Notes under the pieces: model-generated | Told to the model about the DNA's origin: nothing | Databases searched by the model: none | What the model saw: the letters and a program-made list of their open reading frames with translations, nothing else | Position numbers and translations under genes: made by a program | Part shown: positions 1 to 8,285 of the stretch, piece after piece | Layout of the letters: each line of letters opens with the position of its first letter | Position numbering within the stretch: position 1 is the first letter of the stretch | NCBI GenBank assembly: GCA_021162365.1 | Contig: JAGGYW010000001.1 | Span: 2,906-66,905 of the forward strand | Direction: 5' to 3' | DNA: 64,000 bases | Source: Nanobdellota archaeon | GTDB lineage: Archaea > Nanobdellota > Nanobdellia > CSSed11-243R1

Positions 1-942
1 CTCGAGTTCCATGGGATTAAGCATTATTCTGTTAAGTTTAGTGGGGGAACAGGATTTCACATAGGTGTTCCATTTGAGTCATTCCCCAAGGAAATAAATG
101 GGCAAGACATACGTTTGCTTTTCCCAGAGGGTGCACGGACAATTGCAGGGTATATTCGAGATATGATAAAGCAACAGCTTGCGGATAGGGTATTGGAGTT
201 TGAGGATATAAAATCAATAATAAAAAGGACAGGCAAGAAGTTTGATGAGCTTGTTGTTGAAGGGGAGTTAGATCCATTTAAGTTAATTGAGATAGATACT
301 GTTGCAATCTCCTCACGCCATCTCTTTAGGATGCCTTATACTTTTAATGAAAAAACATGGTTAGTTTCAATTCCAATACGAAAGGAGGAAATTCTTTCTT
401 TTGACAAAAAGAGGGCAGAATATAAAAATGTTGAAGTTAACCTCGGCTTTTTAGATAAGTTTAAAATAAATGAAGCAAAGCAGTTGTTTATTCAGGCTTT
501 TGACTGGAGGATGAACCAAGAAATTAAAGCAGAGATAAATGAGCTAAAAAAAGATTATGATATACCAAAAGAAGCAATTGGAAAGGAATTCTTCCCTCCG
601 TGCATTAAAAATATTTACAAAGGATTGGAAGATGGAAGAAAAAGAGCTCTTTTCATTTTAATTAACTTCTTAAGAAGCGTTGGTTGGGATTTTGAAGCAA
701 TTAAAAAGGAAGTATTTGAATGGAATAAACACAATCCCGAGCCCCTTCGAGAAAGTTATATAAACTCTCAGCTCAATTGGCATAAAAAGATAAAAGGTTC
801 ATATTTGCCTCCGGGGTGCAAAAATAAAAATTACTATCTTGATATTGGAATATGTAAGCCAGACGAAACTTGCAAGGGCATTAGTAACCCTGTTGTATAT
901 CCTTTCAAAAAAATGAAAAAGATGAGAAGAAATGGCAGATGA
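1..942 (+). CDS. DNA primase, fused PriS-like catalytic domain + PriL C-terminal Fe-S domain (5' end outside window)
   Basis: Frame +1 is open from nt 1, upstream of the tracked ATG at 115. FSGGTGFHIGV and IEIDTVAISSRHLFRMPYTFNEKT resemble AEP primase motifs. Downstream FPPCIKNI..GRKRALFILINFL plus the PPGC..GIC..ETC cysteines resemble the PriL-CTD 4Fe-4S domain. Confidence 0.6.
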   Translation, partial: LEFHGIKHYSVKFSGGTGFHIGVPFESFPKEINGQDIRLLFPEGARTIAGYIRDMIKQQLADRVLEFEDIKSIIKRTGKKFDELVVEGELDPFKLIEIDTVAISSRHLFRMPYTFNEKTWLVSIPIRKEEILSFDKKRAEYKNVEVNLGFLDKFKINEAKQLFIQAFDWRMNQEIKAEINELKKDYDIPKEAIGKEFFPPCIKNIYKGLEDGRKRALFILINFLRSVGWDFEAIKKEVFEWNKHNPEPLRESYINSQLNWHKKIKGSYLPPGCKNKNYYLDIGICKPDETCKGISNPVVYPFKKMKKMRRNGR

Positions 943-1558
943 GATTATATCCTATGAAGAAATAAGGCGTGTCCAGGCTTTGGAGAGAGATAACAAAGCC
1001 TTGCAGGAGATAGATCCAAATTTCTTTAAAAGGGTAGGTGAGTACATAAAAACAAAGGAGAAACTAATTGAAGAAAATAAAGGGAAAGATAATGTTTTTT
1101 CTCAGCAGATTGTGGAGAAAAATGAACATGAGTTAAAAAATGTAAGGAGGATAATTGAGGATATCTGCAGCAGAAGAAGGAGAAAAATAGTTATGCAAGC
1201 ATTAAATAACATTTCTGCTAAAGTCCACAATACAGAAAACATGCTTCCTGAGGAGGAAGAGTTGTATAATTCTACAATTGAGATTGTAAGGAAGTATACA
1301 GATGCATTTATCTCGAAGTTTAGCGCGCCGAAGGAAGAAGTAAGCGAAGTAAATGAAGAAGAAAAAAGTTTAAAAAAGCTTAAATTCATGGATGCCATAC
1401 CCGCTTTTTTGTGGAAAGATGGAACGACCTATGGTCCATATGAAAAAGAAGCTGTTGCAGGATTGCCCGCAGAACTTGGGGAAATCTTAATAAAGGAAGG
1501 AAAGGCTATTGAAGTTAAGGAAAGTGGTGAAAATGAAGATACCAAAGGAAATCAATAG
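932..1558 (+). CDS. GINS complex subunit (Gins51/Sld5-like)
   Basis: N-terminal helical pattern (YEEIRRVQALERDNKALQEIDPNFF..RRIIEDICSRRRRKI) is typical of archaeal GINS. It sits next to primase, as in many archaea, and overlaps the primase stop. Confidence 0.5.
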   Translation: MADEIISYEEIRRVQALERDNKALQEIDPNFFKRVGEYIKTKEKLIEENKGKDNVFSQQIVEKNEHELKNVRRIIEDICSRRRRKIVMQALNNISAKVHNTENMLPEEEELYNSTIEIVRKYTDAFISKFSAPKEEVSEVNEEEKSLKKLKFMDAIPAFLWKDGTTYGPYEKEAVAGLPAELGEILIKEGKAIEVKESGENEDTKGNQ

Positions 1559-1835
1559 ATACTGTCCGTATTGCAAGAAAAAGACAAAGCACAAATTAGT
1601 GCAAGTGAAGTCTGGCAAGAAAAGAGGTAAGTTAACGATAGGTGCAAGAAGGTATGAAAGAAAAATTGAAGGATATACTGGATTTCCAAGACCTAAGCCT
1701 GAAAATTCAAAGAAATGGGGCGTTAAGCTTACAAAAAAGGTTGATTTAAGATACAAATGCACCGAATGTGGAAAGATGCATATTCGCAAGCAAGGATTTA
1801 GAGTTAAAAAATTAGAGATGGTGGGTGCTAAATAA
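1533..1835 (+). CDS. rpl44e: 50S ribosomal protein L44e (eL42)
   Basis: [21 protein letters not shown]...KCTECGK zinc-ribbon signature. The internal ATG at 1533 is preferred over the tracked start at 1509. Confidence 0.85.
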   Translation: MKIPKEINRYCPYCKKKTKHKLVQVKSGKKRGKLTIGARRYERKIEGYTGFPRPKPENSKKWGVKLTKKVDLRYKCTECGKMHIRKQGFRVKKLEMVGAK

Positions 1836-2020
1836 TGGAACTCATAAGTTATCCAAAAAGCAGATTTATTAAGGTGAAGTGCAATAAATGCAAGAACGAG
1901 CAAATTATATTCGGAAAGTCAGCTTCTGAGATAAAGTGCCTTGTTTGTGGCAATGTGCTTGCCATTCCAACAGGCGGAAAAACAAAAATCAAAGCAAAAG
2001 TTCTTGAAGTTCTCGAATGA
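1835..2020 (+). CDS. rps27e: 30S ribosomal protein S27e
   Basis: 61 aa with the [11 protein letters not shown]...CLVCG zinc ribbon. Conserved L44e-S27e-aIF2alpha gene order. Confidence 0.85.
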   Translation: MELISYPKSRFIKVKCNKCKNEQIIFGKSASEIKCLVCGNVLAIPTGGKTKIKAKVLEVLE

Positions 2021-2021
2021 C

Positions 2022-2061
2022 TTTTTTTCTTTAGAAAAGAAAAACCTCAACTAAAAAGAAA
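2022..2061 (+). repeat. Py-hairpin + mirror purine module (copy E8)
   Basis: TTTTTCTTT (2024-2032), loop AGA, AAAGAAAAA (2036-2044), spacer CCTCAACT, AAAAAGAAA (2053-2061). The last tract is an exact mirror of the purine arm. The module starts 2 nt after the S27e stop. Confidence 0.75.
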
Positions 2062-2074
2062 CACTTTCTCTCTA

Positions 2075-2111
2075 CCTTCTTTTCCCTCAAGGCTTTTCTT
2101 CTTAAGAAAAG
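2075..2111 (-). repeat. Py-hairpin + mirror purine module (copy E9, opposite orientation)
   Basis: Minus strand reads AAGCC-CTTTTCTT-AAG-AAGAAAAG-CCTTGAG-GGGAAAAGAAGG. It is near-identical to the tRNA-Tyr and tRNA-Pro T-arm introns (22719-22767, 16987-17040). Confidence 0.75.
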
Positions 2112-2131
2112 GCTTGTAAGTGCTCGCAAAA

Positions 2132-2143
2132 CATTTATAATAC
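2132..2143 (+). promoter_or_regulatory. TATA-box candidate for aIF2alpha operon (leaderless spacing)
   Basis: CATTTATAATAC is centred about 27 nt upstream of the ATG at 2164. No Shine-Dalgarno sequence lies in between. Confidence 0.4.
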
Positions 2144-2163
2144 CCTTCTAAATTGATTATCTT

Positions 2164-2958
2164 ATGTATTTCAAGAAAGAAGGAAAGCCGGAAGTGGGAG
2201 AATTAGTGCTTTGCACTGTAAAGAAGATTTTACCGCACGCCGCGTTTGTCATATTAGATGAATATAATAACTTAGAAGCCATGCTTCATGTTTCTGAAAT
2301 TTCTTCAAGGTGGGTTAAAAATATTAAAGACCATATATCTCAGGGAAAGAAAATTGTCTGCAAAGTTCTTGAAGTAAAGCCAAATGGGCACATTGATGTG
2401 TCTTTAAAAAGGGTGACAAGTGCTGAAACAAAAAGGAAGCTAAACGAAATTAAAGCAGAGCAAAGAATGGAGAAGCTTATAGAGGCAATTGCAAGGAAGT
2501 TTAAGGAAGATCCAAAGAAGAGCTTGGAGAAAATTGGAAGTATCATTCTTGAGGAATTTGACACTCTTGCTGACTTCTCGGATGAAATTAAGAGAGAAGG
2601 ACCTGAAATAATTAAAGAGCTTGATTTGCCTAAGAAGTGGAAAGATGAGCTTTACAATCAGATATCAGAACAGCTGAAGGCTCAGATGGTTAAGTTATGC
2701 AGAATAATTGAAGTTAGCTGTCAAGAGGGCGACGCAGTTCTTCGCATAAGAAAAATATTTGAGAAGATGTATGACTTTGCAAAGAAGGAAGGCATTGAAA
2801 TGAAGATTAAGTATATATCCTCCCCTAAATATTCCTTTGAGATATCAGTTAAGAATTATAAATTAGGAGAATCTTTCCTTGAGAAATTGTTTAAAAATAT
2901 GGAAAAATATAGTTCAAAACAAAATGTATTATTTAAAGTTGTAGGTCCGTGCAAATGA
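2164..2958 (+). CDS. eif2a: Translation initiation factor aIF-2 alpha subunit
   Basis: N-terminal S1 domain (GELVLCTVKKILPHAAFVILDEY..LHVSEISSRWVKNI). Length and operon context fit. Confidence 0.85.
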   Translation: MYFKKEGKPEVGELVLCTVKKILPHAAFVILDEYNNLEAMLHVSEISSRWVKNIKDHISQGKKIVCKVLEVKPNGHIDVSLKRVTSAETKRKLNEIKAEQRMEKLIEAIARKFKEDPKKSLEKIGSIILEEFDTLADFSDEIKREGPEIIKELDLPKKWKDELYNQISEQLKAQMVKLCRIIEVSCQEGDAVLRIRKIFEKMYDFAKKEGIEMKIKYISSPKYSFEISVKNYKLGESFLEKLFKNMEKYSSKQNVLFKVVGPCK

Positions 2959-3131
2959 ACAAGATAAAATATTGTCCAAAGTGTAAGGAATATACTTTGG
3001 AGGAAGTTTGTCCGCGTTGCGGAGAAAAGACGGTAAGCCGAATACCACCAAGATACTCTCCTAAGGAAGAAGTCGCAAAGTATAGGCGGAAACTGAGGAG
3101 AGATATTCTGAAAAAAGAGGGGTTATTATGA
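2949..3131 (+). CDS. nop10: H/ACA RNP protein Nop10
   Basis: 60 aa with CPKCKEYTLEEVCPRCG zinc ribbon followed by PPRYSP. Conserved position after aIF2alpha. Confidence 0.85.
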   Translation: MQMNKIKYCPKCKEYTLEEVCPRCGEKTVSRIPPRYSPKEEVAKYRRKLRRDILKKEGLL

Positions 3132-3889
3132 GTGAAGCTTTCATAGTTAAAAAAATTGGAAGGAAACCAAGACTTAAGAAGCCAATTTTAATAGAGGGTC
3201 TTCCAGGCGTTGGAAATGTTGCAAGAATTGTTGTTGATGTTTTAATTGATAAATTAAAGGCTAAGAAGTTCCTTGAAGTTTATTCTTACTACTTTCCTAA
3301 TTCGGTTTTTTTAACTGGCGAGCACAAGCTAGAAATGCCAAAGCTTGAGTTTTATTATGCTAAAAGAAAAAAAGGAAGCGACCTTCTTTTTGTAGTCAGC
3401 GATGTCCAGCCCGGAGATGAATATGCTAGTTATGCTTTCTCAGATAAGATTTTAGAAATTGCAAAATCGCTTGGGGTGAAGGAAATTATAACCCTTGGTG
3501 GGATAACTTCAAAAGTGAATGTAGCTAAGCCAAATGTGTATGGCGCATTTACAGATAAGAAGTATGTTAACAAGCTGAAGAAAATTGGTGTGAGATTTGA
3601 TAGAAAAGGTTCTATTATATTAATTGGTGCAGCAGGGCTTCTTTTGGGGCTCGGTGAGTTAAAGGGAATGAAAGGATTTTCTTTGCTTGCAGAATCATTT
3701 GTTGGCTCAAAGATTGGCATTAATGCAGCTCGTCAGATAATTCTTGTTTTAGCTAAGTATCTTGGCATAAAAATTTCAGAGAAGGAGCTGTCATTTGAAG
3801 TTAATCTACCTCAAATACCCAGAATTGTAAGAAAAAGAACAACAAAAAAGGCAACAAAGCCCCAATTTAACCCAACATATATTGGGTGA
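3128..3889 (+). CDS. PAC2-family proteasome assembly chaperone-like protein
   Basis: PILIEGLPGVGNVARIVVDVLI N-terminus and about 250 aa length are typical of archaeal PAC2/COG1938 proteins. Conserved position after nop10. Confidence 0.6.
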   Translation: MSEAFIVKKIGRKPRLKKPILIEGLPGVGNVARIVVDVLIDKLKAKKFLEVYSYYFPNSVFLTGEHKLEMPKLEFYYAKRKKGSDLLFVVSDVQPGDEYASYAFSDKILEIAKSLGVKEIITLGGITSKVNVAKPNVYGAFTDKKYVNKLKKIGVRFDRKGSIILIGAAGLLLGLGELKGMKGFSLLAESFVGSKIGINAARQIILVLAKYLGIKISEKELSFEVNLPQIPRIVRKRTTKKATKPQFNPTYIG

Positions 3890-4828
3890 TTATCTTCCTC
3901 TTAATGTGGTATCTAATGTAGCAATATCTATGCAATATCCATGGTTTATTTCTGTCCTTAGTTGGTATATCTTTGTGCTTTCTTGGAACGCTGCTGGGTT
4001 TGTCGGTTCAATATTCATTTTTAGGAACAACTCCTTTCCTTGGATGAGTTTTAATAAGTATTTGTATTCTCCAACATTATCCGATGTGATTACTAGTGAT
4101 TTACCATCATCGCTGAGCCAATCGCCAAGCTCGCTTTTACTTAATCCACCGAATTTTGTAATTTCAATATTGTCTCCAATTAATGTTATGTTGATCTTTC
4201 TAATTGTATTTAGCGATAAATTATTTGAATAGTTTATATAATCTACCCATCCAGGCCCCACGTTTTTGATTATAATTTGTCCGCTTAATGTGTTTTCATC
4301 GCTGTCTGGGATTACTCTATCAACTCCGAAATTGTAGGCAATATCTAAGAAGTCGCTTGAAACATAGCGACTTGGTGATGGTGGGACATCGTTATAGTCT
4401 CCTGGTATAAACACTAAATCGGTGTATCCTTTTGAGTTGTAATCAAAGCATATTCTAATTGTTGTTGGGCAGTTTATCCTTTCTCCTTCTCCCATCTCTG
4501 GAGCTCTAACATCCCAACTCATATACCTCTGGTTGTTTGGTAGAATTTCATCAACATATGCATCTTCTGCTTCAAGACAACCAAGAATTCTACCTGTAAC
4601 ATTTTCTATTGGGTTTACACCTGTGTTTTTGATTTTTATTCCTATTTGGGCATTTTGATTAGATACTAAGTTGAGTGTGTTTGTTTTTACTCCATTAACA
4701 AGGATTGTTGCATTTAATGTCCCCACTCCTTGTTCTCCACTCCCTTCTTCTTTTTTACCACCTATACATCCGAAAGTTAAAGCTAATAAAAATAATAAAG
4801 AAAATGCCAACAAAGCTTTTTTATTCAC
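3890..4828 (-). CDS. Secreted lipoprotein-like surface protein (paralog 3 of 3)
   Basis: Signal peptide ends in LALTFGCIGG (lipobox-like). It shares the W.V.APE....I.ICFDY and C-terminal YC.DI motifs with the 4840-5709 protein. Confidence 0.6.
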   Translation of the reverse strand: MNKKALLAFSLLFLLALTFGCIGGKKEEGSGEQGVGTLNATILVNGVKTNTLNLVSNQNAQIGIKIKNTGVNPIENVTGRILGCLEAEDAYVDEILPNNQRYMSWDVRAPEMGEGERINCPTTIRICFDYNSKGYTDLVFIPGDYNDVPPSPSRYVSSDFLDIAYNFGVDRVIPDSDENTLSGQIIIKNVGPGWVDYINYSNNLSLNTIRKINITLIGDNIEITKFGGLSKSELGDWLSDDGKSLVITSDNVGEYKYLLKLIQGKELFLKMNIEPTNPAAFQESTKIYQLRTEINHGYCIDIATLDTTLRGR

Positions 4829-4839
4829 TTTTTACCACC

Positions 4840-5709
4840 TTAGCATCTTTGACCTACGGGGCACACTGTAATTGTTCCCATTGGTATCTCATAGCAGTAT
4901 GTGTAGTTGATTTCCCCGTTTGTTCTTTCTACCTTTATGTCACTTCCATCGTAATCTGTGGTTATCTTTACTGTTGCAGTTAATCCATCTCCAATTGCTA
5001 GTTTGTTTTCTAAGATGTCACAGTTGGTATCTTCTGGCTTTATCGATGTTGTTGTATCATTTCCACATTTTGCATATTTCACTCCCTCTGATGCAACATT
5101 CTCTGCCGGTGGTGTTATTTTTATTTCATTAATCCTTTCTATTCTCCCTTGCCAGTTATTCTGAATATTTAATGATCCTGTGGTGTAACTTGTTCCATCT
5201 TTAAGGAAAATTTTGTCTAGTCCAACTTGCGTTACTTTTATTGGTCCATTTGAATATCCACTTTGCACTTGTATTGCTTCAGTTACTTTATCTTTTGGAA
5301 CTAATGCTGTGTCAAAGTAGAAGTTTGTTACGTAATCAAAGCAGACTTCTATTTTTGGAGACACTGTTTGTTTTAAATCGGTTTCTGGTGCTTCAATTGT
5401 CCAAATGATTGGGTATTCTTGTCCTCTTGTTATAAGAATGCCTGTGTTTTCTTCAGGTGTCCCAAAGCTTGATGGTAAATCTTTTATTACAGCAGATAAA
5501 TCACTCATGTCATTGTCAAATATGTTCTTTAATCTTAATTCAACTGTTATGACTCCTCCCGCAATTACTGTTTTTGGATTTACATTAATTGTATAGCCAT
5601 TTCCCGCAGCAGTTTCGTTTTCTTCGCCACCGCCACCTATACATCCGAAGCTAAATGCTAATGCAAACAATGCAATTAAGACGATTATTCCCTCCTTTTT
5701 CATTTTCAT
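4840..5709 (-). CDS. Secreted lipoprotein-like surface protein (paralog 2 of 3)
   Basis: Signal peptide ends in LAFSFGCIGGGG. It carries the IIWTIEAPE...IEVCFDY and INYTYCYEI motifs, with several paired cysteines. Confidence 0.6.
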   Translation of the reverse strand: MKMKKEGIIVLIALFALAFSFGCIGGGGEENETAAGNGYTINVNPKTVIAGGVITVELRLKNIFDNDMSDLSAVIKDLPSSFGTPEENTGILITRGQEYPIIWTIEAPETDLKQTVSPKIEVCFDYVTNFYFDTALVPKDKVTEAIQVQSGYSNGPIKVTQVGLDKIFLKDGTSYTTGSLNIQNNWQGRIERINEIKITPPAENVASEGVKYAKCGNDTTTSIKPEDTNCDILENKLAIGDGLTATVKITTDYDGSDIKVERTNGEINYTYCYEIPMGTITVCPVGQRC

Positions 5710-5715
5710 TACCTC

Positions 5716-6885
5716 CTATATACCTCTAATTGGATATACAGTAATATAATCTTTTCCAATTGTGAAGTATCTATAAAATGCATAAACTTCGAAAGAGTAC
5801 ATTTTTACAGGGATATTATAATCCCTTAGGAATGTTCTCTCTTGGCCTGTCATCACAAATGGTGCATATATTGAAAATGAGTTCACAAAGTCTGTTCTAT
5901 TTATCTTTTTAATTAGTATGTGGTCAGCATTTTCTTCGAGTTTAGCATATTCTTCATCGCCAAGATTTGATTTTATCCAATCTTTACAGGGTATCTCCTG
6001 CTCTCCCAATTGATTGTCTCCCGTGTTACATATTTCATCAAATTCATCCCATTTGTACCATCCATATACTTTGTAGTTCGGCGTTCCCTCTGGAGCACTT
6101 TCATCCACATTTATTCCACTTTTTGGATATTCAAGTATTACAACAACATCAGAAATTGGGAATCCCTTCCCTTTATTTTCGACAAAGTATTGGGTTGCGA
6201 ATGAGAAATCTCCTTCTGCAGGTCCACCTGGTTGATTGTCAAAGAAATAAATTATTGGTTGTTGTGTTGAGCCAGAGAATCTTAATTCACCTGCAGTATT
6301 TCCTGACTCCCCAGAGATCATGTAATCTTCGCCTGCCTGTTTTCTTTTTATCATTTCACTTTGGGACATGAATACTATATTTTGGCGGAATTTAACTTTA
6401 TAATCATAAGATGTTGAATAGTATATTGGGTGTTTTAATGCGATGTCTGAAATTTCATCTTTGCCTGGGGCTTTCAATCTCCAGAAAACATTTATTTCTT
6501 CACCAGGTATCAATTTTCTAGTCGCGTGCATTCTAACAGGCATATCCTTATCTAGGTCAAGCTGACCAGTACATGTTCTTGGTTCATTTGGTTCTCTTTC
6601 CCCGCCGCATTCAACTATTGCGAATGGTTTAACATTATCAATTGCAATTATTACATTGCTTGCTCCCTCTCCCTCTAAGTTACTTCTTACATCAAGAGAA
6701 ATATATCCTTCTAATCCAGGGTGTAGTTCATCGAACTTCAATTTTCCAACAATGCCAACACCTTCTTCTACTTCCAGTTTTGTTTCATTTGCTGGCTGTG
6801 ACTCGCCTATGCATCCAAAAGTTAGGGCTAGTAAAAACAGCAATGATATAATGAATATTTCTTTTTTCATAATTAACCACCACAC
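5716..6885 (-). CDS. Secreted lipoprotein-like surface protein (paralog 1 of 3)
   Basis: Signal peptide ends in LALTFGCIGE. FWRLKAPGKDE...YYSTSYDY is a diverged form of the shared motif. An alternative start at 6870 (MKKEIF) would remove the overlap with the upstream gene. Confidence 0.55.
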   Translation of the reverse strand: MWWLIMKKEIFIISLLFLLALTFGCIGESQPANETKLEVEEGVGIVGKLKFDELHPGLEGYISLDVRSNLEGEGASNVIIAIDNVKPFAIVECGGEREPNEPRTCTGQLDLDKDMPVRMHATRKLIPGEEINVFWRLKAPGKDEISDIALKHPIYYSTSYDYKVKFRQNIVFMSQSEMIKRKQAGEDYMISGESGNTAGELRFSGSTQQPIIYFFDNQPGGPAEGDFSFATQYFVENKGKGFPISDVVVILEYPKSGINVDESAPEGTPNYKVYGWYKWDEFDEICNTGDNQLGEQEIPCKDWIKSNLGDEEYAKLEENADHILIKKINRTDFVNSFSIYAPFVMTGQERTFLRDYNIPVKMYSFEVYAFYRYFTIGKDYITVYPIRGI

Positions 6886-8276
6886 CCCGCTTGATTTTCA
6901 GTACAAAACGTATTAACTGTAACAGTTGAGGACTGAACCTCATAAGGATATGCTGCAATCGTAGTGATGTAATCTGTAACTACATCTTCATTTGTTGTTA
7001 TTTCTGGTATAGTTAGTGTGCATGTAAACACGTTAAATTCTTGAGTAAGATACGTTGTGCCACATACATGCATTTTTCCCTCTGCAGCCAAATCACATGC
7101 CCAATTTAGTACTGAAATAACATCTGGGAAGTAATCTTCAATGATGAGGCGCATATATCCATCCTCGGCGCACCAGCTATTAACTAGCTCGTCATCACAT
7201 ACTACACATCCAACATCGCTGCTGCAATCTACACTATTTGGATCATCATATTTATCATATCCGGCGGGTATGCAGCTGCCAAAATCTTTTGGAGTAACAA
7301 TGAATAAAATTGGGTCTTTTTTTGCTTTCATTTGCCCATTCCCAACATTCTGCCATCTTAATAGTAGTGCTGCGCTTCCAGAATCATCCAAGATTGGTTG
7401 GGCTCCAATGTCCATATCAATTGTCATGGCGGAGCCATATTTGTATGTGGCTCCCTTTGCTGTTTGTCTGAGTGCATTATTTCTTATCAATAGCAAGCCG
7501 AAATCGCTTTTTATCCTTTCAACTGCAAGGCGAGACGCAGTCGGATAGTATGTCCATGCAGTTGCTCTAACATAAACAGGTGTTTTTGTATTCGGCTTTA
7601 GTTTGTTGTCAATTACGTTATCCTTGATGCAATTAAGATCAACCCATCCGCCCGAGAATACAATTTCCTTTGTGGAGAAAGGTGCAATATTATCTACTTC
7701 TCTATCCAACCCACCTTCAAATTTTATACATCCACTGAAAGGTGGGAGTGAATCAAGATGGATATTCATTTTTTTGATCTTGCTGCTTCCTAGGTTGTTA
7801 ATTGTGACTATGAAGGTAAGTGCTTTTTGATCCATGACAACTGTATCTACACTTCCTCTTATGCTAATTGAAAATGCTTGGTTTGGTGGTGCTTTTGTTT
7901 TTTGTTCGGTTTCTTCATATTGCCCACCCGTTGGACCTATTCCGAATGGATTGGCTAACATGTTACTAAAACTTCTGAAGAGATAATTGTTGAATATGCC
8001 ACTAAATGTTTCGCTAATTCTGTATCCCAATCCTGATGTGGCTTGCCCCCCACCAACATTTATGAACCAAAAGTAAATTAAGAAACCTACAACAGCAATG
8101 ATGCCAATTATGACAAGAATCATGATTATTTTTCCCCAGTTAATTCCTCCGCCACCTATAGAGGGCATACTTGGTTTTTTCCCGCCCCCGGCACCACCCA
8201 TTGCTGCTTCGAGTGCCATTCCTTCGGGTGTGTCGGCGGCTACCGCCTCCAAAAGTTTCTTTTCGTCTTCGACCAA
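6873..8276 (-). CDS. Single-pass membrane protein with Gly-rich cytoplasmic N-terminus and Cys-rich ectodomain
   Basis: The TM segment IIMILVIIGIIAVVGFLIYFWFI follows GGAGGGKKPSMPSIGGGG. The ectodomain is large with many cysteines. Second gene of the five-gene operon. Confidence 0.55.
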   Translation of the reverse strand: MVEDEKKLLEAVAADTPEGMALEAAMGGAGGGKKPSMPSIGGGGINWGKIIMILVIIGIIAVVGFLIYFWFINVGGGQATSGLGYRISETFSGIFNNYLFRSFSNMLANPFGIGPTGGQYEETEQKTKAPPNQAFSISIRGSVDTVVMDQKALTFIVTINNLGSSKIKKMNIHLDSLPPFSGCIKFEGGLDREVDNIAPFSTKEIVFSGGWVDLNCIKDNVIDNKLKPNTKTPVYVRATAWTYYPTASRLAVERIKSDFGLLLIRNNALRQTAKGATYKYGSAMTIDMDIGAQPILDDSGSAALLLRWQNVGNGQMKAKKDPILFIVTPKDFGSCIPAGYDKYDDPNSVDCSSDVGCVVCDDELVNSWCAEDGYMRLIIEDYFPDVISVLNWACDLAAEGKMHVCGTTYLTQEFNVFTCTLTIPEITTNEDVVTDYITTIAAYPYEVQSSTVTVNTFCTENQAGCGG

Positions 8277-8285
8277 TTACCTCAC

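Noticed and set aside
3882-4232. Plus-strand ORF 3882-4232, and similar antisense ORFs inside long genes (for example 34372-34782, 7141-7548, 27549-27929, 46491-46901)
   Set aside because: Each lies antisense to a longer ORF with clear homology or signal peptides. Their translations are low-complexity, and AT-rich genomes generate such shadow ORFs.
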